A stretch of DNA of 64,000 nt from an uncultured Verrucomicrobiae bacterium (GTDB lineage: Bacteria; Verrucomicrobiota; Verrucomicrobiia; Chthoniobacterales; UBA10450). The DNA lies in assembly GCA_963801815.1 (NCBI GenBank), contig CAWDGJ010000002.1, positions 800,001-864,000 of the forward strand, written 5' to 3'. Position numbers and translations under genes: made by a program. Shown piece after piece: positions 29,979 to 40,692 of the stretch (within the stretch, counting starts at the first letter, position 1; each line of letters begins with the position of its first letter). Below the pieces are notes generated by a model. That model saw nothing but the letters and a program-made list of their open reading frames with translations, was not told the origin of the DNA and searched no databases.

Positions 29979-30646
29979 GACGATTTTCGTGTCGCTTGAA
30001 GAGCAACCAGGCGGGCGATTAAAGTCGCGACGTAAAGGAGACCTGTCATCGCCTCCATCGCAGCGAGCATGCGCGCCACCTTTGCAACTGGCGTGATGTC
30101 GCCATATCCAACGGTGCTCATAGTGATGAAGCTGAAATAAAAACCATTGAAGCCTTCCAGCGATTTGTCGGCTCCGTTAAAAGCGAACGCATTCGGAATC
30201 AGCTCGGCCACGAGCCAATAGGCCAGAGTCCAGAGCAAGCCGAGGAGCAGGTAAGCGGAAATACTTGCGCACAAGACCTCCGCGTCGACCTCCGACGCAG
30301 TCAGAACAAATCGCAACAGATGGATGATAACGAAAAGCACGACCAGGATTCCGCAAACAAGAAACAGTTCCGGCGGCATCAGATCGGGGCGGAAATGATG
30401 GGTCCATCGGCCGGCCAATGCGGCAAAGGCCAGCACCGCGGCAATGACAACAGTTCGTCGCCGATCGGCGATCGCCAATACACCCGAGACAAGAACAACC
30501 GTAAAGAAGATCGATTCAATGAGAGGACCTGAGGAAAGCGGCTCGAAGAACGGCATGGAAACAAAAAATGCCGCAATTACGATCAAAAGTTCGATCGTAC
30601 TGAATCGCCGGAGCGACCGGCTGCCCGATTCAATGTGTGTTGTCAT
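29975..30646 (-). CDS. Potassium channel family protein
   Basis: YFSFITMSTVGYGDITP selectivity filter. Confidence 0.9.
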   Translation of the reverse strand: MTTHIESGSRSLRRFSTIELLIVIAAFFVSMPFFEPLSSGPLIESIFFTVVLVSGVLAIADRRRTVVIAAVLAFAALAGRWTHHFRPDLMPPELFLVCGILVVLFVIIHLLRFVLTASEVDAEVLCASISAYLLLGLLWTLAYWLVAELIPNAFAFNGADKSLEGFNGFYFSFITMSTVGYGDITPVAKVARMLAAMEAMTGLLYVATLIARLVALQATRKSS

Positions 30647-30733
30647 AGCCGTTATCATCGAGAATAATGTGTCAACTCGGAAGAGTCGATTCGTTCACTT
30701 AACAAATGTTGCGAAACCAATTGTCGGTCCGGT

Positions 30734-30751
30734 ATGGGACGAAAGTCCTAT
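30734..30751. promoter_or_regulatory. Palindromic box ATGGGAC-GAAA-GTCCTAT (weaker overlapping site to ~30765)
   Basis: Upstream of the K+ channel/hydrolase genes. Confidence 0.75.
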
Positions 30752-30764
30752 GATTTAGGTCCGA

Positions 30765-31835
30765 CTAATTTTTCGGGAGACCTTCTCGAATAAGACGCGA
30801 GAAATCCGGATCCTGATCAGCCGCGCGAGCGCGTTCGTTGATGTGACTGCGTTGCTTAAGTTCCGTGAAAGGCAAACCGCCCGTGGCAATGAGATGGCGC
30901 TCGTACAACAGCTCGTCGCCTTTGCCGTTGACCAGAATCCGCCAGTCCCACGGCATGCGCTCGCCGGGCGGGTGCTGTGTGCGGATGCTTGTGGTGCAGT
31001 TGGTGGTAATCGCGTTATACCAGCGCGGTTTGTCCCGCAGGGCGTTGAGCGAATGGATGTATTCCAGGAAACGTTCTCGCGCGCGCGCCGGAGAAATGGT
31101 CGTGCGGTAAAGATAGATGTCCTCCTTACGGTAGTTCGTTCGCAGGCGGATCACGTCGCGCTCGTCGGCCACGATGTAGATGAGTTCGAACCGCCGGTAG
31201 AGCCCGCCGACGGTTGAGTAGGTCTGGCCGAGCTTCTTGCGTGTCTCGATGGAAAAACACAGCGGCGGCGCATCAGCGAATTGGAAGCTAATGATGGGAT
31301 GCGCGATCCACGGCGAGCCCCAGTAATCGATTGCAATGTCGATCCCGGTGATCTGGGAGATGCGCACGGTGCGCGTCTCCCAATGCGGTGTATAGTCGGT
31401 TTCGGTGCGGTAGTCACAGTTGCGAACGTTGTGCAACGTCACTTCGTCGCCGTTGATCTCCGCCCATGCGAGTTGGGTCACGTCCTGTTGCCAGTTGGCC
31501 TCATTGCTCGGCTTAAGCGTGAGCCACCAAATAAGGACGGCACCGAACAGAGCGGCGAAAGCAGCGACCTTTCGCCAGAATCGCCTAACGAATACGAATA
31601 CTGCGACAAACACGATCCCGATCAGGGTGGCGACAACCTTGTTCCCGTTGCCAAATGGTGCGTCAAACCACACGGCACCGAAAGCCCAGGCAGCGCAAAT
31701 GAGGGCAACGGCTGCGAGAGAAAGCACAGCCAGGCCGTGGAAGATGCGCCTCCTCCAAGAGATATGCGCGCTGTAGCCAATCTTCCTGGCTGGTGGCACT
31801 ACGATTGCCGCGAGCAGTGTGCGTCGAGACGCCAT
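30765..31835 (-). CDS. DUF4105 domain membrane protein
   Basis: IAHPIISF, SIETRK, VADERD, YNAITTNCTT. Confidence 0.85.
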   Translation of the reverse strand: MASRRTLLAAIVVPPARKIGYSAHISWRRRIFHGLAVLSLAAVALICAAWAFGAVWFDAPFGNGNKVVATLIGIVFVAVFVFVRRFWRKVAAFAALFGAVLIWWLTLKPSNEANWQQDVTQLAWAEINGDEVTLHNVRNCDYRTETDYTPHWETRTVRISQITGIDIAIDYWGSPWIAHPIISFQFADAPPLCFSIETRKKLGQTYSTVGGLYRRFELIYIVADERDVIRLRTNYRKEDIYLYRTTISPARARERFLEYIHSLNALRDKPRWYNAITTNCTTSIRTQHPPGERMPWDWRILVNGKGDELLYERHLIATGGLPFTELKQRSHINERARAADQDPDFSRLIREGLPKN

Positions 31836-31847
31836 CAGACGATTCGT

Positions 31848-33095
31848 TTACCGCAGCGGTCCGGGGACGATGTGCGTGTTCAACGCGATATTTGCCTCTT
31901 TTAGGTTCTGTCGCGCGAGCGGCGACGCGTCGCCGCTGATTGCAATTATCAGGCCAGAAGGTTTTTTGCCAAAATCCGACGTCTGAAGAACTCGGATGAA
32001 ATTCGCGGCATTGTCGGTCCACGCGGCGTAATCCCATTGTAGCGCGACGACAGCGCGACCATCCTTTTGGATGGCAACTGGAATGCGACCGACCCGTTGA
32101 ATTCGAGCTAACGGTTTCTTGGCATGAAGTTCCGACAGCACGCGCGAGGTACCGAGATAGAAGAGAGCGTCTCCTTCGTCGGTAGCTTCTGATCCGGCGA
32201 GATCAAAAAAGGCCGCGCGATTGGCCACTCCATCGAGCGTTTCAAGATTCATCACAATGGCGGTCTGCACACTCGGCGAAAACGCCGTGCTGTTGTTAAA
32301 CCGGTTCGCTACCTCGCGATCGCAGCCCATGGCCATCATCGATTTTAGATTGCGCAACCGCAGATCGGAGGGGGCTTGATCGAGCAGGGTTTGATTAAAC
32401 GTGTTCGTTAGGCCAGTCCCGGTCAGCGCCATTCCCGCCGCGCCGCCAACGGGCATGGTGGCGACAGTGAACGTCATTTTTCCGGCAAACGTAGCCCAGG
32501 CGAGTCCATTCAATTCCCGCTGCAAGGTTTCATTGCTGGAATAGGGGTCCACGCCGAGTTGAATCGCAACGGTTCGTTTGGCCTTTGAAAAACCAACGAG
32601 GCTGGCCGCATTCGAATCTTCATACTGACTGCGCTCGCGTCCCTCGGTCTTCTCCTTCAGGCTTTGTCCCGCGCGGTTGGCAAATTTGAATAGGCCTTTA
32701 GGGACTCCGGTGATTGTACTCACCGGGCGCGTGACGACGTCTTTAGCGACGACGAGTGGGCTCATCGTTGCCGCCTTGAGCGCTTTCTTGTATTCGTCCG
32801 TGCGCGAGACTTCCTTGAGTTTGCGGATGGCGGCGACCTCACCCACTCGGCGCACCAACATAATGTTGCCGTCAGCTTCGAATTCGCCGTACTCGGAAGC
32901 GATTAAGTAACGGTTACGCCCGGTGGAAGTGGGAACTTCGTCCTGCACGGTAAATCCGTCACCGGCCAGAAATTCGGGTTTGAGAAGCTCCTTTGCGCTA
33001 AGCATTGGCGGCTCCTCGGTGTTAGTGGGTGCGGACCCGGTCTGTCCGAGGAGAGAGAACGGGGCAAGCAGTAATAGAACGATGTATTTTTTCAT
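31848..33095 (-). CDS. Secreted hypothetical protein
   Basis: Signal peptide MKKYIVLLLLAPFSLLG; LGVDPYSSN motif. Confidence 0.75.
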   Translation of the reverse strand: MKKYIVLLLLAPFSLLGQTGSAPTNTEEPPMLSAKELLKPEFLAGDGFTVQDEVPTSTGRNRYLIASEYGEFEADGNIMLVRRVGEVAAIRKLKEVSRTDEYKKALKAATMSPLVVAKDVVTRPVSTITGVPKGLFKFANRAGQSLKEKTEGRERSQYEDSNAASLVGFSKAKRTVAIQLGVDPYSSNETLQRELNGLAWATFAGKMTFTVATMPVGGAAGMALTGTGLTNTFNQTLLDQAPSDLRLRNLKSMMAMGCDREVANRFNNSTAFSPSVQTAIVMNLETLDGVANRAAFFDLAGSEATDEGDALFYLGTSRVLSELHAKKPLARIQRVGRIPVAIQKDGRAVVALQWDYAAWTDNAANFIRVLQTSDFGKKPSGLIIAISGDASPLARQNLKEANIALNTHIVPGPLR

Positions 33096-33256
33096 AGGGT
33101 TAAACGTGGTTGGTTAGGAAGCGGTATGGCTATTCGTGGTGTTTTCGTGACTTTCGGACTTTGAATTTTGGCATGAGCCTGGTGGATCAGCGTTGAAATG
33201 CTTCTCTTCCTCGTTCAAAACCTCGGCGTTATTCATTTGTCGGCGTCCATCTCGGA

Positions 33257-34333
33257 TTAATCGCGTGGCTTCAAAAAAATCGCGACCGAGGCGATGGTGA
33301 AGAGGAGAGGGAAAATTGCACGGCAGTAACGGTCAATTTTCTTGGCCCGTTTCACCTGCTGATTGGTCGCCAGGTTCGTCGTCACCAAAACCTGGATCAG
33401 GGAAATGAAAATAAGTAATGAGCTGACCATTATAAATGCATCGAGACGCGTCATATAAGGCAACCGTGGCACCTGGCTGTCGACGGCGAAGCGATAAGCA
33501 ATGAGCGTAAGCATGGAGGTCACCGCTACACTGATCTGAGAACCGGCATTGGTTGGATCAATCCAGAACACGGTCCACGACATCATCACGATGAGAACGA
33601 GGGGCAAAATCACCTTCAAAATGTAATACGACACGTTGCGTGATGCGGTGAACTCGAAGACGTAACCCGAATTCTCCAAACCGGGCGTAATAGCATAGGC
33701 GAGAGGTTTGAAATTCCATTCCTTGACCGTCCAATCCGGCAGCGTGATCGATTTCGAGATTCCGCCGGCCTGCTTAAAGCCGGCGTCGACCCATTTTTGC
33801 TCCGGCACGAAATTGAGTTCGTTGGTGCCGTATCTCATCGCGGCGAACTGCACGCGGAAAGTTTGGTGGTCAAAGGGAAATGATCTCAAGCGCAGCGCTT
33901 CCGAGAACGAACCTACGAATCGCTGACGATAGAGCACCGCGCCATCAGAGTCGACATCGACGGATTCCGGAAGCCGATGACTGACCGAGTTCGTCTCATT
34001 AACTATGCCCACCCTCGGGTTCCAGATTTGGTCAAGCGCGTAATGCATCACTCCGCCGCTAGTGTGGGCCAGACGCGGATCCTTCCAACGCAAAGCAATG
34101 AAAACATCAGCGCTGAAAGTTTGTTCTGCACTGTCAATGCTGTTGATGTCGACGATCCACATGGCGACGGAGACTTGCGTCGGCCCCGAGTCAGCGTTCG
34201 GCCGGTCGATTGCGGTGGGCGTTTCCGCACCGCGCGACCCTTGGACCGCGACGGCGAGGAATCCCGCTACCATCAGTGACTTGATTCCCCCCAGGCTGCG
34301 CCTAACCTGGTGGCTTTTCAGTGCGGTTTTCAT
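33257..34333 (-). CDS. Pentameric ligand-gated ion channel (GLIC/ELIC-like)
   Basis: W.DPRL, IWNP, Pro-loop FPFD, M1 YYILKVILPL, M2-M3 PRLPYMT, 4 TM. Confidence 0.9.
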   Translation of the reverse strand: MKTALKSHQVRRSLGGIKSLMVAGFLAVAVQGSRGAETPTAIDRPNADSGPTQVSVAMWIVDINSIDSAEQTFSADVFIALRWKDPRLAHTSGGVMHYALDQIWNPRVGIVNETNSVSHRLPESVDVDSDGAVLYRQRFVGSFSEALRLRSFPFDHQTFRVQFAAMRYGTNELNFVPEQKWVDAGFKQAGGISKSITLPDWTVKEWNFKPLAYAITPGLENSGYVFEFTASRNVSYYILKVILPLVLIVMMSWTVFWIDPTNAGSQISVAVTSMLTLIAYRFAVDSQVPRLPYMTRLDAFIMVSSLLIFISLIQVLVTTNLATNQQVKRAKKIDRYCRAIFPLLFTIASVAIFLKPRD

Positions 34334-34423
34334 TAACGCTTTCTCCTGACACTCTATATTGATAGAGACAGTGCTAGTCAGCGACTGACTTTCGTTAGGT
34401 TCTGAACTAGCCATTTTTCGGAA

Positions 34424-35236
34424 TCATTTGAAAACGTAGGTGCAACTCACCGTAACGGTGTAGTTATCAGAACTGGTAGTGAGCGGAATTTCGCAGCGGG
34501 TGCCCAAGATCCATTCGCCGCGCCCTCCAAAGCTACGCCCTACCTCTAACTTGGCGGTTGAACTGAACTCGCCATGCGCAATGAAACTCCATGTTTCTTC
34601 AAATTCGTTATAGACGTACCAGTTTCCGGGCAGCGCAACGCTAACCGCCGGTTTCAAATGGATTTCCTGCTCCTCTGAAACCCCCGTTTCAGTAATGAAC
34701 GATTGATTGAATTGGACGAGAGTTTGGAACTTGAACGTACGGCAAGGCTGCACCGCAAATGCAACGATTGGCGAAAGGCGAAAAATTCCATCTCCCAAAG
34801 GAGGTCCCCCTGCGGTATCGAATTCCGCCTCGACGCCGGCGGCGTAACGAAAAATACCCTCGCCATGGATGACATGTCCGATCCGAAACTCGAGGTCACC
34901 AAAGCCAGCGCCGCTTTCTACTCCACTGACATGACCGGCGTCGTAATGCACCGCTGGTAAATCCACTTGCACCGTCCAGTCGCGCTGTGCCGTCTTGCCG
35001 AACGCATAGGCGAGGTTGAGCGTTACTGTATCCTTGGCGGCGCCCAATTCCTGATCTTTGAATTCATTGCTTAGCGAAAACCGACTGCTGAGAATAGTGC
35101 GGTCAAGACCGACATCAGGAAAGGCATCCGCGTTTTCCCCTACAGAGGATGTCGTTCCTGAGCTTTGCGCAAGGTCTGTGGAATCACCGGCACGAGCGGC
35201 CGCCGTGAAGAGATAACTCGCCATGAGCGCCATCAT
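34424..35236 (-). CDS. Putative outer-membrane beta-barrel (MetA-pathway/transporter-like)
   Basis: Signal peptide, GFGD motif, alternating beta strands, C-terminal YVFK. Confidence 0.6.
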   Translation of the reverse strand: MMALMASYLFTAAARAGDSTDLAQSSGTTSSVGENADAFPDVGLDRTILSSRFSLSNEFKDQELGAAKDTVTLNLAYAFGKTAQRDWTVQVDLPAVHYDAGHVSGVESGAGFGDLEFRIGHVIHGEGIFRYAAGVEAEFDTAGGPPLGDGIFRLSPIVAFAVQPCRTFKFQTLVQFNQSFITETGVSEEQEIHLKPAVSVALPGNWYVYNEFEETWSFIAHGEFSSTAKLEVGRSFGGRGEWILGTRCEIPLTTSSDNYTVTVSCTYVFK

Positions 35237-35359
35237 GATCGAAAGGAATGCGGCGATGAACGGTCTCGTCGCCCTGTGGGAAATTTTGTCCGGATCACGC
35301 GAATTGATAAATGACCACCATTCGAGTTGCCACTTCTTAACGCCGGCATCCTCTGACTC

Positions 35360-36346
35360 TCACCACTGATCGTCGGTAGGATGCCAGGTCTTGTCGGGGT
35401 TGAAACGGTCCGTGCCCTCGAATGTCTTCAGGGTATCCGGTCCAAAGTCCTTCTCATAAACGGTCCCGTTAGCACCGACCATAAACGTCTTCACGCCGGT
35501 GACCCGATACTGGGCCGGAGCCGCCGCCAGCGCGAACCCGCCAATCATGGCTCCCTGCACCACAAAATCCATTTGGCCCAAAGGGGCCGCCGGACCTTGT
35601 CCCTTGAGGACTTTGAAGTAGTAGCCGTGATACGGTTGAGGCTTGTCCTTTTGCGTATAGCCTTGCGCCAAGGCGTTGGCGATCTTCTCGCCTACTGGCC
35701 CTCCCCAGGTTCCATCTGCGTTCTGCCACGCCAGACCATCATGTTTTCCCGGCGTGCTGATAATTTTCTGCGCGTATTGATTCACTTTTGCATCGTCATG
35801 CTTTTCCTGAGCGTATTGCTGCTGCGCTTCGACGAATCCGCGACAAATCGCAATCGCGTCCAGCTCATTCGAGCCGATCCGACGATTTAGTATTTCCTGG
35901 CGACCGATCTTGGTATCGAACATCCACTTTCCGTGTTTTTTCACGATTGGGATTGGCAGTGGAAAATCGTCGTTCCCAACAGTCACGATTGCCTGGTTCG
36001 AGTTCTTTGGATCGGTTCCGACATTGATTCTTTCTTTTGCCTTCGCTGCAAACGCCGTCGCTTTGTTTTTGTCTGCAACAGGGTCTTCGGAGCTAACAAT
36101 GTCATTGGCGTCCGGTCCGAGAATTTCCTTTAACGCGGGAACGTCGAAGGACGCCGCGGCTTGAACAAGACTGTCGGCCGCTTCTTTCGGCGTGTTGAAT
36201 TGCTTTTGGGTTGATTCGGCCGCCGCAGTTTCTTTCTTGGTTTCAGTCGCTGCCTTCAAAGCAGGATCGACAACGAGAGCAGCCACCATCGCAAACGCGA
36301 TCAGGAAAACTTTTATTGAGGTCATGAGGTTTAATTTTGATTTCAT
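35360..36346 (-). CDS. DUF2950 domain protein (copy 1)
   Basis: F.TP..AA, PIPIVK, RRIG.NEL, HDGL.W, PYHGYYFK, A.PA.Y.VTGV. Confidence 0.85.
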   Translation of the reverse strand: MKSKLNLMTSIKVFLIAFAMVAALVVDPALKAATETKKETAAAESTQKQFNTPKEAADSLVQAAASFDVPALKEILGPDANDIVSSEDPVADKNKATAFAAKAKERINVGTDPKNSNQAIVTVGNDDFPLPIPIVKKHGKWMFDTKIGRQEILNRRIGSNELDAIAICRGFVEAQQQYAQEKHDDAKVNQYAQKIISTPGKHDGLAWQNADGTWGGPVGEKIANALAQGYTQKDKPQPYHGYYFKVLKGQGPAAPLGQMDFVVQGAMIGGFALAAAPAQYRVTGVKTFMVGANGTVYEKDFGPDTLKTFEGTDRFNPDKTWHPTDDQW

Positions 36347-36370
36347 TTGTTTTTCCTCGGGCATTGATTT

Positions 36371-37769
36371 CTAGCGTCGACCTCCGCCACCGCCTCCTCT
36401 TCCGCCACCACCGCCACCGCGGCCTCCACCACCGCTAAAGCCGCCGCCGCCCATGCTAGAGCCGCCTCTACTGCTGGCAGAGCGCGCCGAATTTCCTCCT
36501 CCACCGCCGCCGAAAGCGCCGCCACCCCCACCACCGGAAGGACTACGGCCGCCGATACTTTCTGCGCCGCCACCACCGCCACTGGCACGACTAGATGCGG
36601 CACTGGTATTCGCGCCGCCAGATTTCGAACCGCCGCCAGCGCCCTGATTGGCTGCGGCGTTGCCGCCACCAGATTTCGAAGTGTTACCACTACTCGAGTA
36701 AACGTTGCCGTTGTGCACAGCGTAGGCATTGCCACTCGCAGTCTTTGCTACGGCCGTGTTCCCGTACTTGGTCGAAGCACCGGCCGCGGCTCCGCCTCTT
36801 GAGGTCTGGGCTGTTGCGGCAGTGCCATTCGCACCGGAGTACTCTGGTCGCAGTTGCCTGATTGGAGTAAGGAGTTCCACCGCGATACTGAGAATTGTGC
36901 TGCCATGTGGTGCTGCTGACGTTCGCGTTGTTGATGTTCGTCTTGTTGTAGGTGTTTACGTAAGTGTTGTTAACGTTGACTTTGACCGTGTTGCTGCTTC
37001 CCCATCCGCAACCGTATCCCCAGCCTCCGCTCCAGGCCGCGCCCATCGCAACACCCGCGCCAAACGCCAGAACAGCACCGGTAGCTGGTGGGTAATAAAT
37101 CGGCGGGTATGGGTAAACCGGCGGCCCGTAAACGACTACAGGATTGTACGAGGGTACGTAAACGATCTGGGGGTTGGCTTGCTGGATCACAATCACTGAC
37201 TTGCCTTCGACCGTCTGGGTTTCCACTTTCTGCTGCTGGCTGGATTTTAGATTTCCTGCAGTCTCCGCCTTGACGCGCATGCGCTGCACCGCATCCATCA
37301 CATCCGATTGCTGCGCGAGGAAGGCATTTCCCAAGTCCGTAGTCCACTGGATGTTCTCTGCCAGTTGCTTGACCGTATCTGGAAGCGCCGCCATGGACTG
37401 GATGCTGGGCTCCCAGTGCTGCTTCTGCACTGCATCCGCCAGCGCCTTGTCTTTCAAATTCTTATTCTTCCCTAACCACTGCTCTAATTGAATGATCTCC
37501 AACGGATAAGTCGATGCGGCCAACGTCTGGGCGAGGAGCGGATCCGGATAAAGTGCGATCGGCGCGACCAGCGAATCCAATTGATCGTTTGGTATCTTCG
37601 GCGCTTCCTCCTGGGTAGGTTCGTTGGTTGTCGTCGTCACGATCTGCGATTGCGCTGGCGGCGACGATGCGGGTTGGCCGAACGAGACCAGCGCGCTGCT
37701 GGATAAGATGGCCACTATGCCATGAAATACGTTTGTGAAAAATCTGGGTCGAGGACGGTTCGATATCAT
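36371..37769 (-). CDS. DUF3300 domain protein with Gly/RGG-rich tail (copy 1; frameshift at ~36845)
   Basis: LDSLVAPIALYPDPLL, AVQRMR, VYVPSYNP; tail in ORF 36371-36880. Confidence 0.8.
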
Positions 37770-37851
37770 AGGTTTAGCATTTTAGTTGGGTGTCGTTTCA
37801 TCCGTTGGCGATGTCAGATTACTTCCTCGCAGCAGTGAGCGCGGCTTGGAT

Positions 37852-37869
37852 ATGGGACTTTAGGCTTAT
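37852..37869. promoter_or_regulatory. Palindromic box ATGGGAC-TTTA-GGCTTAT
   Basis: Upstream of DUF3300 copy 1. Confidence 0.65.
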
Positions 37870-37899
37870 GCTTGGGACGCGAAGGAGCGACTCCAACAA

Positions 37900-38913
37900 C
37901 TAATCCGGTGAGTCGTCTTCCTCGTCGTCGTCGGTTTCATGCCAGGTCTTGTCCGGGTTGTAACGGTCCATGCTCTGAAACGTTTTCAACGTGTCCGGTC
38001 CGAAATCCTTTTGATAAACGATCCCGTCCGGGCCAACAATGAAGGTCTGGACTCCGGTCACTCGATATTCGGCCGGCGCCGCAGCCAGAGCGAAGCCGCC
38101 GATCATCGCACCCCCCACCACGAAATCCATTTCGCCCATCGGTGCGGCAGCTCCCTGGCCCTTGAGCACTTTGAAATAGTAACCGTGATAGGGTTGGTCT
38201 TTTTTCGTGTAGCCTTCTTCGAGAGCTTTGGCGACTTCTTCGCCAACTGGGCCTCCCCATGTTCCATCCTGATTCTGCCAGGCGAGCCCGTCGTGCTTGC
38301 CGGGCGTACTCAGAATACGTTGGGCATACTGATTTACTTTTGAATCGTCGTGTTTCTCCGACGCGTAATCGTGCTGCGCCTCGGCGAAGCCACGACAGAT
38401 CTCGATCGTGTTTAGTTCATTTGCGCCAATGCGACGATTGAGAATTTCCTCGCGGCCAACCTTTGTATCGAACGACCATTTGCCTTTCTGTTTCACGACC
38501 GGAATCGCCAATGGAAAATCATCGTTACCAACCACGACGACGGCGCGATTCGGATCTTTCTTGTCGATCTCGACCGATTTTTTCTCCTTGGCCTTGTTCG
38601 CGAACGCGGCAGCCCGGTTCTTGTCCATCACTGGATCTTCCGAGCTGACAATATCTTCGCTATCCGGGCCGAGAATCTCCTTCAACTGTGCAATGTCCCA
38701 GTTTCCGGCCGCTTGAACGAGTGCGTCCACCGCCTGGTCCGCGCTATCGAATTGCTTTTGCTGTCCTGCTGGCTCTTTCGCTGGCGCAGCGGCTGCGGAA
38801 CTTTGTTTCTTCTCCGCGGCATTGGTGACGAGAATGAGAGCGGCGCAACTAACCGTGGCCGCAATGATCATCAAGAGTTTCGACGAAGTCATAAGATTTG
38901 GTTTTGTTTTCAT
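37900..38913 (-). CDS. DUF2950 domain protein (copy 2)
   Basis: Close paralog of 35360-36346. Confidence 0.85.
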   Translation of the reverse strand: MKTKPNLMTSSKLLMIIAATVSCAALILVTNAAEKKQSSAAAAPAKEPAGQQKQFDSADQAVDALVQAAGNWDIAQLKEILGPDSEDIVSSEDPVMDKNRAAAFANKAKEKKSVEIDKKDPNRAVVVVGNDDFPLAIPVVKQKGKWSFDTKVGREEILNRRIGANELNTIEICRGFAEAQHDYASEKHDDSKVNQYAQRILSTPGKHDGLAWQNQDGTWGGPVGEEVAKALEEGYTKKDQPYHGYYFKVLKGQGAAAPMGEMDFVVGGAMIGGFALAAAPAEYRVTGVQTFIVGPDGIVYQKDFGPDTLKTFQSMDRYNPDKTWHETDDDEEDDSPD

Positions 38914-38939
38914 TGGTTTTCTCCTCATCGAATTACTTT

Positions 38940-40376
38940 TTAGCGCCGACCTCCTCCACCACCGCGTCCGCCTCCTCCGCCGCCGCGTCCGCCGCCGCCG
39001 CCGCGACCTCCGCCGCCACGTCCGCCGCCGCCGCTAAATCCGCCGCCGCCCATGCTGCTACCGCCTCGATGACTGCTGGCGCGCGCATAATTTCCGCTGC
39101 CGCCACCAAATCCGCCGCCGCGGTTTCCGTAGTTACCGCGTGACGACGCATGATTGCCGACACGATTTTCGCCACCTGCGGGACGAGTAGCTGGCCTGGT
39201 GCTCGCTCCGCCGCCCGGGCGATTTCCCGCACCAACATTTCCGGAACCAGTTCCACCGCCGGGACGATTGCCCGCGCCGGTTCCGCCACCAGGACGGTTG
39301 CCCGCTGCGGCACCGCCACCCGGGCGATTGGCCGGCAACGTACTGGCTCCGCCCCCTGGGCGATTGCCAGCGCCGGTTCCGCCACCGGGACGATTGCCCT
39401 GGCCTTGGGTTCTGCCGCCATATTTGTTGGCCGTGTTTCTGTCTCCATACGGAGCATTGCCTCGGTGTTCTGGTCGATGCTCCCACTTCCCGCCGTTCCC
39501 GTTACCAGGTCTGTTCCCGGGTCGGTTGTTGTTGTTCCAGTTCTTGTTCGAGTTATTCACGTACTTGTTGTTGTAGTTGATGTTGACGTCGCCCCCGTGG
39601 CCCCAACCGCAACCCCATCCCCAGCCACCGCCCCAAGCCGCGCCCAGAGCCAGACCCGCCCCGAACCACAGACCCCTTCCGGCGATGTATCCCGGATAAT
39701 AGTAAGGATAATAGGGATAAATCGGCGGACCGTAGACAACCACCGGATCGTAGGAGGGAACATAGACCACTTGAGGATTTGCTTGCTGGATAACGATCAC
39801 TTGCTTACCCCCTTCGACTGTTTGCGTCTCGACCTTCTGCTCCGCGCTTGTTTTCAAATTTCCGGTACCCTGGGCTTTGGCACGCATGCGTTGCACGGCG
39901 GCCATGACGTCGGATTGCTGTGCAAGAAAGGCGTTCCCCAGATCAGTCGTCCATTGAATGTTGCCGGCGAGGCGCGTAACCACGTCCGGGAACGCTGCCA
40001 TGGCCTGAACGCTCGGATCCCAATTCTGTTTTTCAACCGCTTCGGACAGAGCCTTGTCTTTCAAGTTCTTGTTTCGCTCCATCCATTGCTGAAGCTGAAT
40101 GATTTCGAGCGGATAAGTGGAAGCGGCCAGCGTCTGGGCCAATAGCGGGTCGGGGTAAAGCGCAATCGGCGCGACGAGCGAGTCCAACTGATCGGCCGGG
40201 ATCGGTGGAACCGCTTCGGTGGCGGCGGTGGTGGTTGTCAGCTCCTGCGATTGCGCTTGTGGAGCCTGGGCCAGGACAACAGGTTGGTCTAACGAGAGTG
40301 CAGCAACGCTCAAGATGGCGAGCCCGCCATGAAATAGATTTGTCAAGAATCCGGGTCGATAATTTCGTCGCTTCAT
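38940..40376 (-). CDS. DUF3300 domain protein with NRPGGG repeats and RGG tail (copy 2)
   Basis: Same core motifs; repeated NRPGGG; ends GGGGGRR. Confidence 0.88.
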   Translation of the reverse strand: MKRRNYRPGFLTNLFHGGLAILSVAALSLDQPVVLAQAPQAQSQELTTTTAATEAVPPIPADQLDSLVAPIALYPDPLLAQTLAASTYPLEIIQLQQWMERNKNLKDKALSEAVEKQNWDPSVQAMAAFPDVVTRLAGNIQWTTDLGNAFLAQQSDVMAAVQRMRAKAQGTGNLKTSAEQKVETQTVEGGKQVIVIQQANPQVVYVPSYDPVVVYGPPIYPYYPYYYPGYIAGRGLWFGAGLALGAAWGGGWGWGCGWGHGGDVNINYNNKYVNNSNKNWNNNNRPGNRPGNGNGGKWEHRPEHRGNAPYGDRNTANKYGGRTQGQGNRPGGGTGAGNRPGGGASTLPANRPGGGAAAGNRPGGGTGAGNRPGGGTGSGNVGAGNRPGGGASTRPATRPAGGENRVGNHASSRGNYGNRGGGFGGGSGNYARASSHRGGSSMGGGGFSGGGGRGGGGRGGGGGRGGGGGGRGGGGGRR

Positions 40377-40435
40377 AGCTTTTCTACCTTTCTTTGCTGC
40401 GAATAGAAGGGTGCCGACTTAACTTTCCCGAGCAT

Positions 40436-40453
40436 ATTGGACTTTGGTCCCAT
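40436..40453. promoter_or_regulatory. Palindromic box ATTGGAC-TTTG-GTCCCAT
   Basis: Upstream of DUF3300 copy 2. Confidence 0.8.
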
Positions 40454-40692
40454 ACCCGCAGCGGCGTTCTTGATGTATGGAACGGAGAAGTCGCGCGTGA
40501 ATGGCATCCTGATGGGGATGATCCCGCTTGACGGCCTAAACCGCTCCTATAGCGGGCTTGGCCAGGGCAACCCCGCGCGCAGCTCTCTCTATATATATAA
40601 GAGAGTCGGCCGGGTGGGGTGCCCCGGGGAGGGCCGATTTAACCGTGGAACCGCGGGCCTGCTTGGGGAAAAGAGTAGGCACCGAATTGGCG

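Noticed and set aside
39150..40145. Long antisense or alternative-frame ORFs over DUF3300, the sulfatases and the NRPS (e.g. 52168-53196, 54033-55091)
   Set aside because: Shadow ORFs of GC-rich genes with no independent features
40583..40605. ctctctctatatatataagagag AT-rich hairpin
   Set aside because: Single occurrence with no supportable function
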